DNA of 64,000 bases from Squalus acanthias (Eukaryota), in assembly GCA_030390025.1 (NCBI GenBank), contig CM059425.1, forward strand, positions 262,942,001 through 263,006,000. Reading direction: 5' to 3'. Of the stretch, positions 1-12,235 are shown one piece after another. The notes under the pieces are model-generated. The model had not been told where the DNA came from, ran no database searches, and was given only the letters and a program-made list of their open reading frames with translations. Position 1 is the stretch's first letter. Each line of letters starts with the position of its first letter. Both the position numbers and the translations under genes were made by a program.

Positions 1-1612
1 GGATGGGGTGCCAATCAAGCAGACTGCTTTTGTCCTGGATGGTGTCGAGCTTCTTGAGTGTTGTTGGAGCTGCACTCATCCAGGCAAGTGGAGAGTATTC
101 CATCACACTCCTGACTTGTGCCTTGTAGATGGTGGAAAGGCTTTGGAGCGTCAGGAGGTGAGACACTCACCGCAGAATACCTAGCCTCTGGCCTGCTCTT
201 ATTGCCACAGTATTTATATGGCTGGTCCAGTTAAGTTTCTGGTCAATGGTGACTCCCAGGATGTTGATGGTGGGGGATTCGGCGATGGCAATGCCGTTGA
301 ATGTCAAGGGGCGGTGGTTAGACTCTTGCTTGTTGGAGATAGTCATTGCGTGGCACGTGGGTGGAGCGAATGTTACCTGCCACTTATCAGCCCAAGCCTG
401 AATGTCATCCAGGTCTTGTTGCATGCGGGCATGGACTGCTTCATTATCTGAGGAGCTGTGAATGTGCAGTTATCAGCGAACATCCCCATTTTTGACCTTA
501 TGTTGGAGGGAAGGTTTCCCACATTACAACAGTGACTCCACTTCAAAAAATACTACATTGGCTGTAAAGTGCTTTGAGACATCCGGTGGTCATGAAAGGC
601 GCTATATAAATGCAAGTCTTTCTTTCTTTCATTGATGAAGCAGCTGAAGATGGTTCGGCCTAGGACACTGCCCTGAGGAACTCCTGCAGCGATACTGACC
701 TCCAACCACCACAACCATCTTCCTTTGTGCTAGGTATGCCTCCAGCCAGTGGAGAGGTTTCCCCCCGATTCCCATTGACTTCAGTTTTACTAGGGCTCCT
801 TGATGCCACACTCAGTCAAATGCTGCCTTGATGTCAAGGGCAGTCACTCTCACCTCACCTCTGGAATTCAGCTCCTTTGTCCATGTTTGGACCAAGGCTG
901 TAATGAGGTTGGGAGCCGAGTGGTCTTGGCGGAACTCAAACTGGGCATTGGTGAGCAGGTTATTGGTGAGTAAATGCCGCTTGATATCACTGTCGATGAT
1001 ACCTTCCATCACTTTGCTGATGATTGAGAGTAGACTGATGGGGGTAGTAATTGGCCGGATTGGATTTGTCCTGCTTTTTGTGGACAGGACATACTTGGGT
1101 AGTTTTCCACATTATTGGATAGATGCCATTGTTGTAGCTGTACTGGAACAGCTTGGCTAGAGGCGCGGCTAGTTCTGGAGCACAAGTCTTCAGCATAACA
1201 GCCGGAATGCTGTCGGGGCCCATAGCCTTTGCTGTATCCAGTGCGCTCAGCCGTTTCTTGATATCACGTGAACTGAATCGAATTGGCTGAAGACTGGCTT
1301 CTGTGATGGTGGGGACCTCAGGAGGAGGCCGATATGGATCATCCACTCGGCACTTAAGGCTGAAGATGGTTGAAAACACTTCTACACTCCTTATTGAACC
1401 AGGGTTGGTCCTCTGGCTTGATGGTAATGGTAGAGTGAGGGATATGCCAGGCCATGAGGTTACAGATTGTGGTGGAATACAATTCTGCTGCTGCTGATGG
1501 TCCACAGCACCTCATGGATGCCCAGTTTTGAGCTGCTAGATCTGTTCTGAATCTATCCCATTTAGCACGGTGGTAGTGCCACACAACACGATGGAGGGTG
1601 TCCTCAGTGTGA
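1..1612 (-). mobile_element. Degraded non-LTR retrotransposon (CR1/jockey-type RT ORF2 fragment), interrupted by a SINE tail
   Basis: Minus-strand ORF pieces give RT motifs (KAMGPDSIP, PVHKKQDKSNPANY, ALDIKAAFD, DIQAWADKWQVTF) with frameshifts and deletions. Confidence 0.9.
514..630 (+). mobile_element. 3' tail of SacSINE1-type SINE inserted into the LINE
   Basis: Matches the 3' end of the full SINE at 30243 and ends in aaggcgctatataaatgcaagtc(tttc)n. Confidence 0.8.
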
Positions 1613-1670
1613 AGTCCAGGCCTCTGGATTACTAGCCCAGTAACATTACCACTATGCTACCATTCCCGAT
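1613..1670 (-). mobile_element. tRNA-like head of a second SINE family
   Basis: Reverse complement GGTAGCATAGTGGTAATGTTACTGGGCTAGTAATCCAGAGG recurs at about 7170-7210 and 12180-12235. Confidence 0.6.
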
Positions 1671-2589
1671 GTGGGATGTTGACTAGAGTCCATAATCGAG
1701 ATACTCATTCACTATGTTCGAAGCAGCCTTGATAGTCTGAATGGTTTTTTTCTTGTTCCTTTCTTACGATAACAAGCTGCTCGCATTTCCTAATGCTAAG
1801 TCAAATACTGCATCCACCAAGAGGCCTGGAAAATGGTGCCCGCCTTCAGACTCAGCGACAAAAGATATATATCCTTCTAAATTTGGGGGGTGGGAGAAGC
1901 CGTTTAACAAATTGAGCAGGTTTGGATCACTGAGCTCTTCAGAGAATACAAGCTGCCTTTGCCTCCAGAGTGAAGCAGAGTGTGGCTACGTGGTGGATTG
2001 TTGGAGGTAGTAGTTTAGAGCAGCTACTTAATAGAAAATTTACTACGCTTGAATGACCTGTTTCTGGGTCATAATTTCTATGCATAAATCTCTGAGAATG
2101 AGTTTCTCCAGGCTGTTGCCGGGCATCTCCATTGCTGAGAAGAGAGGGAGCGAGAAACTAAGGGCAGCTCAAAGTTGCACTTTTCATCCACTGAACGTGG
2201 AGAGAGAGTGACACTGCGCTTTCGTACTGCATTTTCGATGACAAACCACAGGTGCGAACTGAGCCGCAAACTCTGCTTCCCTATTTTTATTCCGGGAGAA
2301 TCCAGGACAATCAAGGCGGGCTCACACACACACAGAGACATTGGGAGGTGAAGGGTGGGAATTTAACGCCATTCCAAATTCCACTTCAATAAGAAATGAC
2401 AAGAGCAAAACATTTATTCAGAGGGGAACAAAGAAGTCCATCAGTGGTTTACAAGCACATTCCCAAAATGACTGTATGGTCCCCTCACCGGTCGACTACA
2501 GACAGAGGAATAGATGCAGTAAAAATGAGGTGGGGAGGCAAATGGACAAAGAAACTGGTTGGAATAGAAAAGTTACCACAAATACTTAC

Positions 2590-2735
2590 CTAAAATGGCA
2601 ACTGTTGCAGCCAAAGCACAAGCAGCTATTATTTGGGAACTTTACTGCCTGCAGAACGCTCAAAGGCTCCATCCAGCGCAGCCCAACCTCCTAGCGGAAA
2701 TCCACCCCAGGCCCATTGGCCTCCGCGCCCGCCCC
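2590..2735 (-). promoter_or_regulatory. Candidate internal promoter and first exon within RICTOR intron 3
   Basis: On the minus strand: GGGGCGGG (2735-2728), CCAAT (2719-2715), then a consensus donor TAG|GTAAGT at 2590/2589; locally CpG-enriched unique sequence. Confidence 0.4.
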
Positions 2736-3134
2736 TCAAAGTTCCGCTTGCTCTCTTTGGTGCACTGGCTCTGACCATCAACTCTGCTTCCTATTTTCTC
2801 CTGGGTTGCTCACAGCAGTGCCCGGGAGATTACTTCCTGGAGATTCCAGAATATTACGGGAGGGGTGACAACCCCAAGTTTCACACACAATGTATAGCCA
2901 CTTTGGCAAAGTACTGGAAGCTGTTTGCCACCTGTGGGACCTCAGACCAGCAACAGTCTGTGCCGCTGAGAGAGAAATGACAAGCATTTTCTTAGCTGAA
3001 GGAAGCTGCAGTAACTTTCATCCGCAGAGGTGATGTCAGGAGGAAAACATTGGTGTGTGACACTCACACGACTTAGAGATCACATCACCAGCCTGGCCTG
3101 CTTGCCCTCACTCTGTGAACCTTAAAAGGAGACG

Positions 3135-3138
<4 letters not shown>

Positions 3139-3194
<56 letters not shown>
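3139..3194. repeat. (AG)28 microsatellite
   Basis: Read directly. Confidence 0.98.
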
Positions 3195-3199
<5 letters not shown>

Positions 3200-4271
3200 G
3201 AGAGCTAGACTGTCCTCACTCACTGGCTTACTCATCTCAGTGGCCCGAGAGGATCGGATATACAAACACTTCTAGGGAATGGCAGCTGCGGAAGCTCGAC
3301 TTGTGCAGAGAAAGAAAAATACAAACAAGTGTAAACACGCAGTGTCCCAACTATTCTAGAGTAACTCTTCAGTAATTCCTTGTAACCAGCTCAAACTCCG
3401 TTTCAGGCGTTCTCTCAACTTTTAGGTTGATCAGTTGCCAACACTAACAGGGTTATTTTCACGGCTACCTGTTTGCTATGATAAAGACTCCCACGTGAAT
3501 GTTTGACCTGCCAATAATCTTCCCAGAAGATGCATTACCAGAATGCACCAAAGTGTGAACTTCCCCAATTTACAGTTTATATACTTGCTTCGACAGTGGG
3601 ACAATAAACAATTTTCAGATGGAACTGTGTAGCACACCTGAGCACAAGACACTGATTACCTCAACAACCCAGGATCAAACATTACCCACAAACTGGACCT
3701 TTAATAATTCTTACCAAGTTATAACCCTTTTGTCCCTGAGTGAGTAAAGATAAACATCAAACTGCAGCCTAACTAGGTATTTCAATTCTGTATCACAGGC
3801 TAGGGAATTCTGTGCCTGGATTACTTGTCTTCTGCTGAGGGGAATGAAGAGATAGGAACCTACCACTTTCACCCTCGAGTATGAATGGAGGCGGCAAGAG
3901 AACTTTGAAGGCACCATGGGCAGAAGTTGCCAGCATCAGGGTGCATTTCCTTTAGCTCCCAGCAGAAGCCAGGAGTGAGTTTGATGATGGCTTGTGTGCA
4001 GATGTACCAACTTGACACAGGACAGATTATAAAGGAAAGGGCAGGGCCGGGGGGGGGGAATTTGTCAATGATCAGCAGAGTACTGTAAAGGTGGAAGCCT
4101 CAGTAACTCATTGTTCAGCATATTTTAACCCTCTGAAGGCCAAGTCACGCCCTTGTATCACACGCTGCTTCTTTCTAAGATGGAAACTAAGCGTGGACAG
4201 ACAGCAGAATCCCCATCTCAACCTTCGATACCTGCGACAGTACCACTGATACAGCATAGTGCATGGGATAT

Positions 4272-4414
4272 GCCGGGGGCAGGAGGGACGGGCCGGGGGC
4301 AGGAGGGGGGCGAGGGACAGGCCGGGGGCAGGAGGGGGCGAGGGACGGGCTGGGGGCGAGGGATGGGCCGGGGGCAGGAGGGGGCAAGGGACGGGCCGGG
4401 GGCAGGAGGGGGCC
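4272..4414. repeat. G-rich minisatellite (GCCGGGGGCAGGAGGG(GGCGAGGG)ACGG-like units)
   Basis: About 5 variant units with dense G-runs. Confidence 0.9.
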
Positions 4415-5340
4415 ATCCGGTAACAGTATGAATATTTAGAAACTGTGTAAAATTAGCACTTGTGTCATTAGTTTCAAGCTAGTTCATACTGACCATCACT
4501 CCACGAAAAGTAATTTGTTTCCTGCTCCATCCCAAACAGAGCACTGGCCCTCTAACACTATAAACAGCAAACTAAGGGCTTGCCTATTCTTTGTTCACTA
4601 ATTTTTAATGAAAATGTAGATGCAAGCATCTGGCAGGGACATGGTCTATGAAAACAGAGAGTAGAGAAAAAGCTGCCCCTAAGCTGCCATACACAAGAGT
4701 ATTACACCCCGCTTGTATCAATAAAGCAACATAGTTCACTTCAAGATTTCAGCAACATCTGGAGAAAATGAACAATCCTCCCCCCATCCCAAACAACAAT
4801 GTTTCTGTCGGTCAGTTGCTGGTCTTTTTTATACATCTGGCGACTGAACAGGTAACAACTGCGGCACAGTCGGATCTTTCACAAAATTGACTCAGGGGTT
4901 GGTGAGACCACTGACAAGCCCACAGCATCGTTTTGTTCAACGCACCATCTAACGACCCTGCTTTAAGGTTGTTTCTAACCACCAATTCTGAAGTTTGAAA
5001 CTGTGAGAGGGAACACAGGGACACCAGCAACTGCACAGGTTAGTCTCTGGATAGAAAGATATGCTGAAAGGGTGAGAAGAGGTAGATGGAATGGGAGGAG
5101 TCTCGTGCGGAGTATAAACACCAGCGCAGACTAGTTGGGCCGAATGGCCTGTTACCATGCTGTATATTCTATGTAATAATGCTAAGTTCAGTTTAGGGGA
5201 AAATACTTCCCCTGTAAACTGCTGAATGCTCGCGATGCTGCTCTGCTGATAATCTTGTACACGTTTAAAAGCCCTACTTCCCTCTGATATTTTAGTTGGG
5301 AGATTTTGGCATTCTTTGCCAGCTTGCAGGGAGTGCAGTA

Positions 5341-5761
5341 AAGAAAACTTGCATTTATATAACGCCTTTCACAACCTCAGGACGTCCCAAAGCGCTTTAC
5401 AGCCAATGAAGTATTTTGGAAATGTAGTCACTGTTGTAATGTAGGAAACGCAGCAGCCAATTGCGCACAGTAAGCTCCCACAGCAATGTGATAATGACCA
5501 GATAATCTGTTTAGTGATGTTGATTGAAAGATAAATATTGGCCAGGATACCGGGGAGAACCTGCTCTTCTTCGAAATAGTGCCATGGGATCTTTTACAGC
5601 CACCAGAGAGAGCAGATGAGGCCTCGGTTTAACATCTCATCCGAAAGTACAGCACTGGAGCGTCAGCCTAGATTTTTGTGCTCAAGTCTCTGGAGTGGGA
5701 CCCGAATACACAACCTTCTGACTCAGAGGCTAGAGTGCTACCCACTGAGCCATGGCTGACG
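5341..5761 (-). mobile_element. SacSINE1-like DeuSINE, near full length
   Basis: tRNA head (TGGCTCAGTGG A box, B-box remnant), Deu-type core (TTTCGGATGAGAtGTTAAACCGAGG...GATCCCATGGCAC), L2-type tail. Confidence 0.88.
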
Positions 5762-6592
5762 CTGAGCTAACTGCTGCATGAATTAGACAATGAGTTTTTT
5801 TTGTGAGTTTACCGTAAATATCCAGTCCAATTTCTATCAGCCTTTCTGTGCTGCCAGCAGCCACTAGCCTCAACTTCACAAAGTATCTGTCCTCAAAGTA
5901 TTAGCCATCACTGGCTAAACCGGGTTACCGAATAGGCTCATTATGCTACCACTTCTCAGTCAATATTAAACGGTTTCTGACACAAATCTGGTGCAAAAAT
6001 CAAAATCTTGAATGCAGACAGTACCAGAGGCCAACACCCCTGTGGTCACACACCAGCTGCATTGTACTTTTTAAATGTAATTGAGTATTTTTAATGTTGG
6101 CCAAGTGCAGACATTCCCCAACATTAAACTTTAACCAGCAGCCAGCATGCAGCGAGAGTAGCTCTGTGCACATGGAGAGTTCTGTTATCACTGGCCAGGC
6201 AGCAATGTAGGAATTGGCAGCAGCAAGCGTGTCAGCTAACCCCACATAGCTCTGTACAGGTCATGGTCTGAACCCGCTGTCTGCAGTACACTGCAACTCT
6301 AATATTCATTAATAAGTGAGCAAGAATGGGTCTCTTCTGTCATCTGCCCGGGATCTAATAATTGATCACAGGTTGACACAGACGCTGGTTACCAGGTGTC
6401 ACAAGCAGCCATTAGCCTCAAGATTTTTCACTGCCTGCACCATCTTTTCTACCTGTGCGGTAGAGGTTATTGTTTTAGTACTGTTGGCTTTATTTCGAAC
6501 CCCATGAATTAACCACTCTATGTTCCCCTGCAGTTTCTCATGAACTGGCTGTTTCCATGTGCCTGTGCTGTCTCCTACTGTCTGTCACTTAC

Positions 6593-6690
6593 CTTGATAA
6601 AGTTATTCAGGTGACCCAGCTTTCGCATGTTAGAGACTCCCTGGGGCTTGGCCACATTCTGGAGGATCTCGCGAAGGTTGTCTGAAGGGT
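6593..6690 (-). CDS. RICTOR: RICTOR exon 3 (mTORC2 subunit)
   Basis: ttttag|AC...AAG|gtaagt, 98 nt, encoding (D)PSDNLREILQNVAKPQGVSNMRKLGHLNNFIK; recalled human RICTOR is EPSDNLREILQNVARLQGVSNMRKLGHLNNFTK. Confidence 0.96.
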
Positions 6691-6939
6691 CTAAAACAAA
6701 ATACAAAGGATCGTCAGTAAGTGTCTGTACTGGGGAATCAAATGACAGGGCGGTTTGATGCACAGTGCTCTGTACTACATATACATTATGTACTCAGCAC
6801 ATTTAAGCCTACAAATTGAGAGACTCCCAATGCCGGCCAGAAAATCGGGAGTGCCATGAATCTGGCGCGCTGACCTCTGCGCCTGATTCTCTGATCTGTG
6901 CCAGGAACAGAGTATTGGAATCTTTGTTGATACTATTTC

Positions 6940-7210
6940 TCGTAGTGGTTTGATAGGCCATTTTACAGGGCAGTCAACCTCGCCAGTGTGGGACTGGAGT
7001 CACGTATAGGCCAGACCGGGTAAGGGCGGCAGGTTTCCTTTCCTAAAGGTCATTAGTGAGCCGGTTGGGTTTTTATAACAGTACGACAGCTTCATGCTCA
7101 CTTTTTGTTCAAAATTTATTTAGTTGCTTTTTTAAACTGAATTCAAATTTGTGGGATTTGAACTCACATTCTCTGGATTACTAGTCCAGTAACATAACCA
7201 TTGCACTACC
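6940..7210 (-). mobile_element. tRNA-headed SINE (second family), degenerate
   Basis: Same head as 1613-1670, plus body ...CTAATGACCTTTAGGAAAGGAAACCTGCCGCCCTTACCCGGTCTGGCC... on the minus strand. Confidence 0.65.
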
Positions 7211-7639
7211 TTATTAAAGATACAAAATTAAAAGAATATGAATGCATATTCAAATAACCAAGAACACGAAGAGCTGGGATGTGGGAACAAGCAGCAAAAT
7301 GGTGTGCATCTACCAGGTGCCAGAGAAAGTTCAGGCACATAACCCGGTCAGTTAGAGTACAGCTCCAGTAGATTGTGAAAAGGGCTGCTCTCCCAGACAG
7401 TAAACAGTGCATAGCATTGGGAGAAAAATACAAGGCATGCACATATACTCTCCACTGATGGAAGATAAGGCAGCAGACTGTAAAAAGGATACTATATGTT
7501 AGATTTAGCAATTTTGCACTTCAAGGATGTCTGACCTGAAGAACAAACACTGTAGCCATCAGAGTTTCTAAACACTCTGGTTCCTCAGTGCTGCAGCCCA
7601 ACTAAATCAGCTCGAGGTGTACCACACTATTACTAAATC

Positions 7640-8291
7640 ACAACAACTTGCATTTATATAGCGCCTTTAACATAGTAAAATATCTCAAGGCGCCTCACAG
7701 GAGGGATTATCAAACAAAATTTGACACCAAGCCACATAAGGAGACATTAAGACAGGTGACCAAAAGCTTGGTTAAAGAGGTAGGTTTTAAGGAGCATCTT
7801 AAAAGGAAGAGAGGAAAGGTCAGGAATTCCAGAGCTATGGGCACAGGCAGCTAAGGTACAGCAACAATGGTGGAGCGATTAAAATCGGGGATGCTCAAAA
7901 GGCCAGAATTGGAGGAGCACAGAGATCCCAAGGGTTGTAGGGCTAGAGGAGGTTACAGAATAGGGAAGGGCGAGGTCATGGATGAGCTCAAGTTTATGGA
8001 GGGTGCAATGTGGGAGGTTGGCCAGGAGAGCATTTGAATAGTCGAGTCTAGAAGTAACAAAGGCATGGATGAAGATTTCAGCAGCAGATGAACTGAGGCG
8101 GAGTCGGGCGATGTTACGGAGGTGGAAGTGGACGGTCTAGGTGATGGAGCAGATATGAGGTCGGAAGCTCATCTCAGGGTCAAATAGGACCCCAGATTGC
8201 GAACTCTCTGGTTCAGCATCAGATAGTGGCAAGGAGAGAGGACTGGAGTAGGTGGCTAGGGAACGGAGTTTGTGGCAGGGACCGAAGACAA
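7640..8291 (-). mobile_element. L2-type LINE 3' fragment
   Basis: Tail aaggcgctatataaatgcaagttgttg; remnant peptide GVLFDPEMSFRPHI; homologous to 26860-27705 and 52690-53057. Confidence 0.8.
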
Positions 8292-8292
8292 T

Positions 8293-8660
8293 GGCCCGGA
8301 TTTTCCAGGGCCTATGACCACATACAGTGCCCCACAAGTTCTGGGTTTGCGCATGCAATGTGCATGCGTGAAAACCCAGAACTTGCGATGTCAAGTTTCA
8401 GCTTGACAGATCATATGAATCTACAGGAAATGGACATTCGCTGGTGCAGTCAAACTACTGCCCAGCGAATGCCCATGAAACCCTTACATCTGGTAAAAGC
8501 AGGTGTACGGCCTTTTACCAGCGTAAGGGTTTAAATAAATATTAAAATTTTAAAAATTAAATTATTTAACCATACAAAAACCTTTAAAATTAGTTTAGGT
8601 TATTTAATTAAATTGTATTTTAACTAATTTTGACCATGTGATGATTTATTTTTATTTAAG
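8293..8660. mobile_element. Partial MITE-like element (GGCCCGGATTTT end) with internal hairpin
   Basis: Terminus shared with 29752 and 56910; inverted repeat at 8335-8385. Confidence 0.55.
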
Positions 8661-8744
8661 TGCAGTATAAACAATTCCACAAACCGACAACATTGTGGAC
8701 CCATAAAAATGCCCTGAAAGATTGCTCTCTAAGTGTCGTTACCA

Positions 8745-9670
8745 AAATTGAAACCCATAGGACAGTGGCTACATCGATATAAAATTGGCTAAGGGACAGG
8801 AAGCAGAGAGCAGTGGTGAACGGTTGTTTTTCAGACTGGAGGGACGTATACAGTGGTTTTCCCCAGGGGTCGGTATTTGGACCACTGCTCTTTGATATAT
8901 ATATTAATGACCTGGACTTGGGCATACAAGGCATAATTTCAAAGTTTGCAGATGACACAAAACTCAGTAATGTAGTAAACAGTGATGAGGATAGTAACAG
9001 ACTTCAGGAGGACATAGACAGACTGGTAAATTGGGAAGACACATGGCAGATGAAATTTAACCCAGAGAAGTGTGAAGTGATTCAATTTGAAAGGAAGAAT
9101 GAGGAGAGGAAATATAAACTAAATGGAACAATTTTAAAATTTAATGGGGGTGTAGGAATAGAGAGACGTGGGGGTGTATGTACACAAATCTTTGAAGGTG
9201 GCAGGATAAGTTGATATGGCTGTTAAAATAAAATATGGGATCCTGGACTTTATAAATAGAGGCAGAGTACAAAAGCAAGGAAGTTATGCTAAACTTTTAG
9301 ATATCACCGATTAGGCCTGAGCTCTGGATGCCACATTTTAGAGCAGAGAAGGTTAAGGGAGATTTAATAGAGGTGTTCAAAATTGTGAAGTGTTTTGTTG
9401 GAGTAAATAAGGGGAAACTTTCTACTGGCAGGAGGGTCAGTAACCAGAGGGCACAGATTTACGGTCATTGGCAATAGAACCAGAAGGAAGATGAGAATTT
9501 TTTTTTACGTAGCAAATTATGATGATCTAGAATGTACTGCCTGAAAGGGCGGTGGAAGCAGATTCAATAGTAACTTTCTAAAGGGAATTGGAGAAATACT
9601 TGAAAAGAAAAAATTTACAGGGCTATGAGGGAAGAGTGGGGGGAGTGGGATTAATTGGGGCCGGCACAGG
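8745..9670 (+). mobile_element. CR1 LINE RT and 3' fragment
   Basis: SGFPQGSVFGPLLF, SKFADDTKL and WQMKFN motifs. Confidence 0.92.
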
Positions 9671-11043
9671 CATGATCCCATACCATTTTTAAAGCTGAGG
9701 ATACACATCAAGCTAGTATGCAAAATGAACCAATTGGAGGTCAGTATCTTGTACTTAGCTGTACTGGGGAGGGTGGATGCGCTTTAGTCAAGGGCTTTGG
9801 TAGCATTGGGAAATGGTTCTGGGCTTTGGCAGAACTGGGATAGAGCTCCTGGATTCTAATAATACTGAAGTGGGGTTCCTGGGGTGTGGCAGAACAGTGC
9901 AAGGTGAACCTTAGGTTCGGTACAACTGAGAACTGGTGGATTTCTCGTCTGTGTCTGCAGTGAGGCAAGGCATGCCATGTCTAGTAACTTTCTAAGGGAT
10001 CTCTGTAAACAGCTGAATTTGATGTTTTGCGATTGGGCTCTAGATGTTTATTTATCACTCTCTCTCTCTCTCACTGCTACAAGAAAAACCAAACATTTTA
10101 ATTACTATCAACAAAACAATTAGAGCTTTCAAATTGTTTATTTGAAAAAAATGAGAAAAGACACTCACTCGCTCTGTCTGACAGCAGTTAGTAATTAAAA
10201 TGTTTACATTTTCTAATTGTAAATATGACGTGTGATAATCAGATGAGCTAATTATAGGCTGCTTGCATCAAAAGTCACTAGAAATTAGCACAACAACAGT
10301 AAAGAATATGCCACCTCTCCCTCATCTTAAAATGCTTTTGGAAGTTTAATGAACACAAAACCAAGTGGGGATGGGGGCGGGGTTCTGTTTGACTTGTGTC
10401 CAGATTCCAGCCCAATCTGGGCAGAATCGGCCGAACCAGCGCAAAAGATATGAGAATTTAAAACGTAGGCTAGTTACGCACAAAACCACTTGCGTTTGTG
10501 TTTTCTGCGAGCTTTTATGCTGGTTCAAGATTTAATTTGCCCAAATCAGGCCCGGCCCACAAGTCCAGGCACATAACCAGGTCAAAATCGCAAGATTCCA
10601 CCAATTATGCTGGTTTGGGAAAGCTCTTCAAATTATGCTCAGTTTCTTAGGCGCACAGGCACTAGTAAGCACGTTTTAAAAGTATTTTCATATCAAAAAA
10701 TGTTTAATTTACTAAGAAACTTAGTGTACACCAATGAAACTATTAAATGGTTCAGTATAGTATTTTTAAGTCATTTTCTGTGATTTCAAATCAGGTTTCT
10801 CACAGATGGAGGACTGGACACCCTTATCAAAAATACTTATTTTTGGTGATGAACCCGTTTTCAGCTGTATTAATAAAACTGTACCAGATTACCTCTCAAA
10901 TACATCAAGGAATACTTTTTAATGGAAAGAAACAAGACAATTACGTTCTATTACGCTGCCCGATTGCACTGGTTCACACAGGATTTCACGTTTGTGATTA
11001 TGCAAATGAATTTTAGCAGAAACCTGAAGTGTAACCTAACCAG

Positions 11044-11198
11044 CAATGTTCCCTCTAAGCTGCGTGGCTGCGCAGCAATCAGCAAGGTCCCGCGCAGGCC
11101 ACTCACCGGCTTTTCCATTGTAAATACCGCACATGTGCATAAATTTAAAGGGGCCGCGCATTAAAAGAAACAGGCCGCGCAGAACAAAGCGCAGCGTA
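11044..11198 (-). mobile_element. hAT-type MITE copy lacking one TIR
   Basis: Begins CAATGTTCCCT; reverse-complement homolog of 22969-23136. Confidence 0.75.
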
Positions 11199-12089
11199 AC
11201 CAGTGTAATTTCCCGATTGTGCCCAAAGCAGAAACTCAGCCCCAGGGTGTCACAAGTGTGTACTCAGTACAGTCACCACCACTTACACTGTCCCCGCTTA
11301 TCCCAAGCAGCCGCTATGGTACGAACCATTTTCCATTACCATAGGCATCAGTTACTATTTCGGGCAGTTGAAGTAGCTGCGCACCTCTTTAAAGCACGAT
11401 TTCTTTATAATCCCAGTTATTCCCTATTGCCCGTCACAAATTCCAGGCTCTGTGTCACAATCAGGTTGATAACAAACCTCGAAGGAGTATCTAAAGAGGG
11501 TCACTAAATTGTGAAAGTCTCAACCTTCGAGGCTCCCAGCGCAGACACTGGCATTGTGTAATTCCCTTCATAACGCAGTGCTGGCTTGAAAGAAAAATAG
11601 GTCTCTCACTGTCCGTGCGATGGGACACTGACCATGACAAATCAAGGTTACGTTCTCTCCGTTCAGGCAACCTCCATAGGGTGGATACAGAGACAAGAAT
11701 GAGTTTGGTAAATCATCGGAGTAATACACAGAAAACGCACTCGTGCTGCAAAAGCAGAAGTGCCAGAAGATGGCACGGTCTCTGCTTTTAAATGGTTCGA
11801 CATCTTTGGAATTAATGTGCAATGTTTAACTGCTGCTATGGATTTCTTGCTCCGCGCCGCGTTGCTGGCCACCTCTTGGCTGTCAGGTTACACCGGCAAC
11901 TGCTTATAGCGGGCAAATTGCGCTGACACGAATGTGTCTCTCTATAAACGGTGGGGGCTGTAGTCTTTTTTTCTCTAACACACACTCTTACTTTGGTTTA
12001 AAAAACCTCTGTTTAAACAGAAACACTCAATATAAATCTCACATTTAGTATGTATTGTCTCTCCTTATTCTTCCTCTGATTCTGTGATT

Positions 12090-12235
12090 TTTACTGATAC
12101 CAGCTTTTTATTTCCAGATTTAAAAAACTGAAATCAAATTCGCAAACTGTGATGTTGGGATATGAACTCTCATTCTCTGGAATAATAGTCCAGGCCTCAG
12201 GATTACTAGTCCAGTAACATAACCACTACACATCC
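12090..12235 (-). mobile_element. tRNA-headed SINE 5' fragment (second family)
   Basis: ggattactagtccagtaacataaccactac motif shared with 7170-7210. Confidence 0.6.

Noticed and set aside
4108-4431. Pro-rich and Gly-rich ORFs
   Set aside because: Translations of the G-rich minisatellite.
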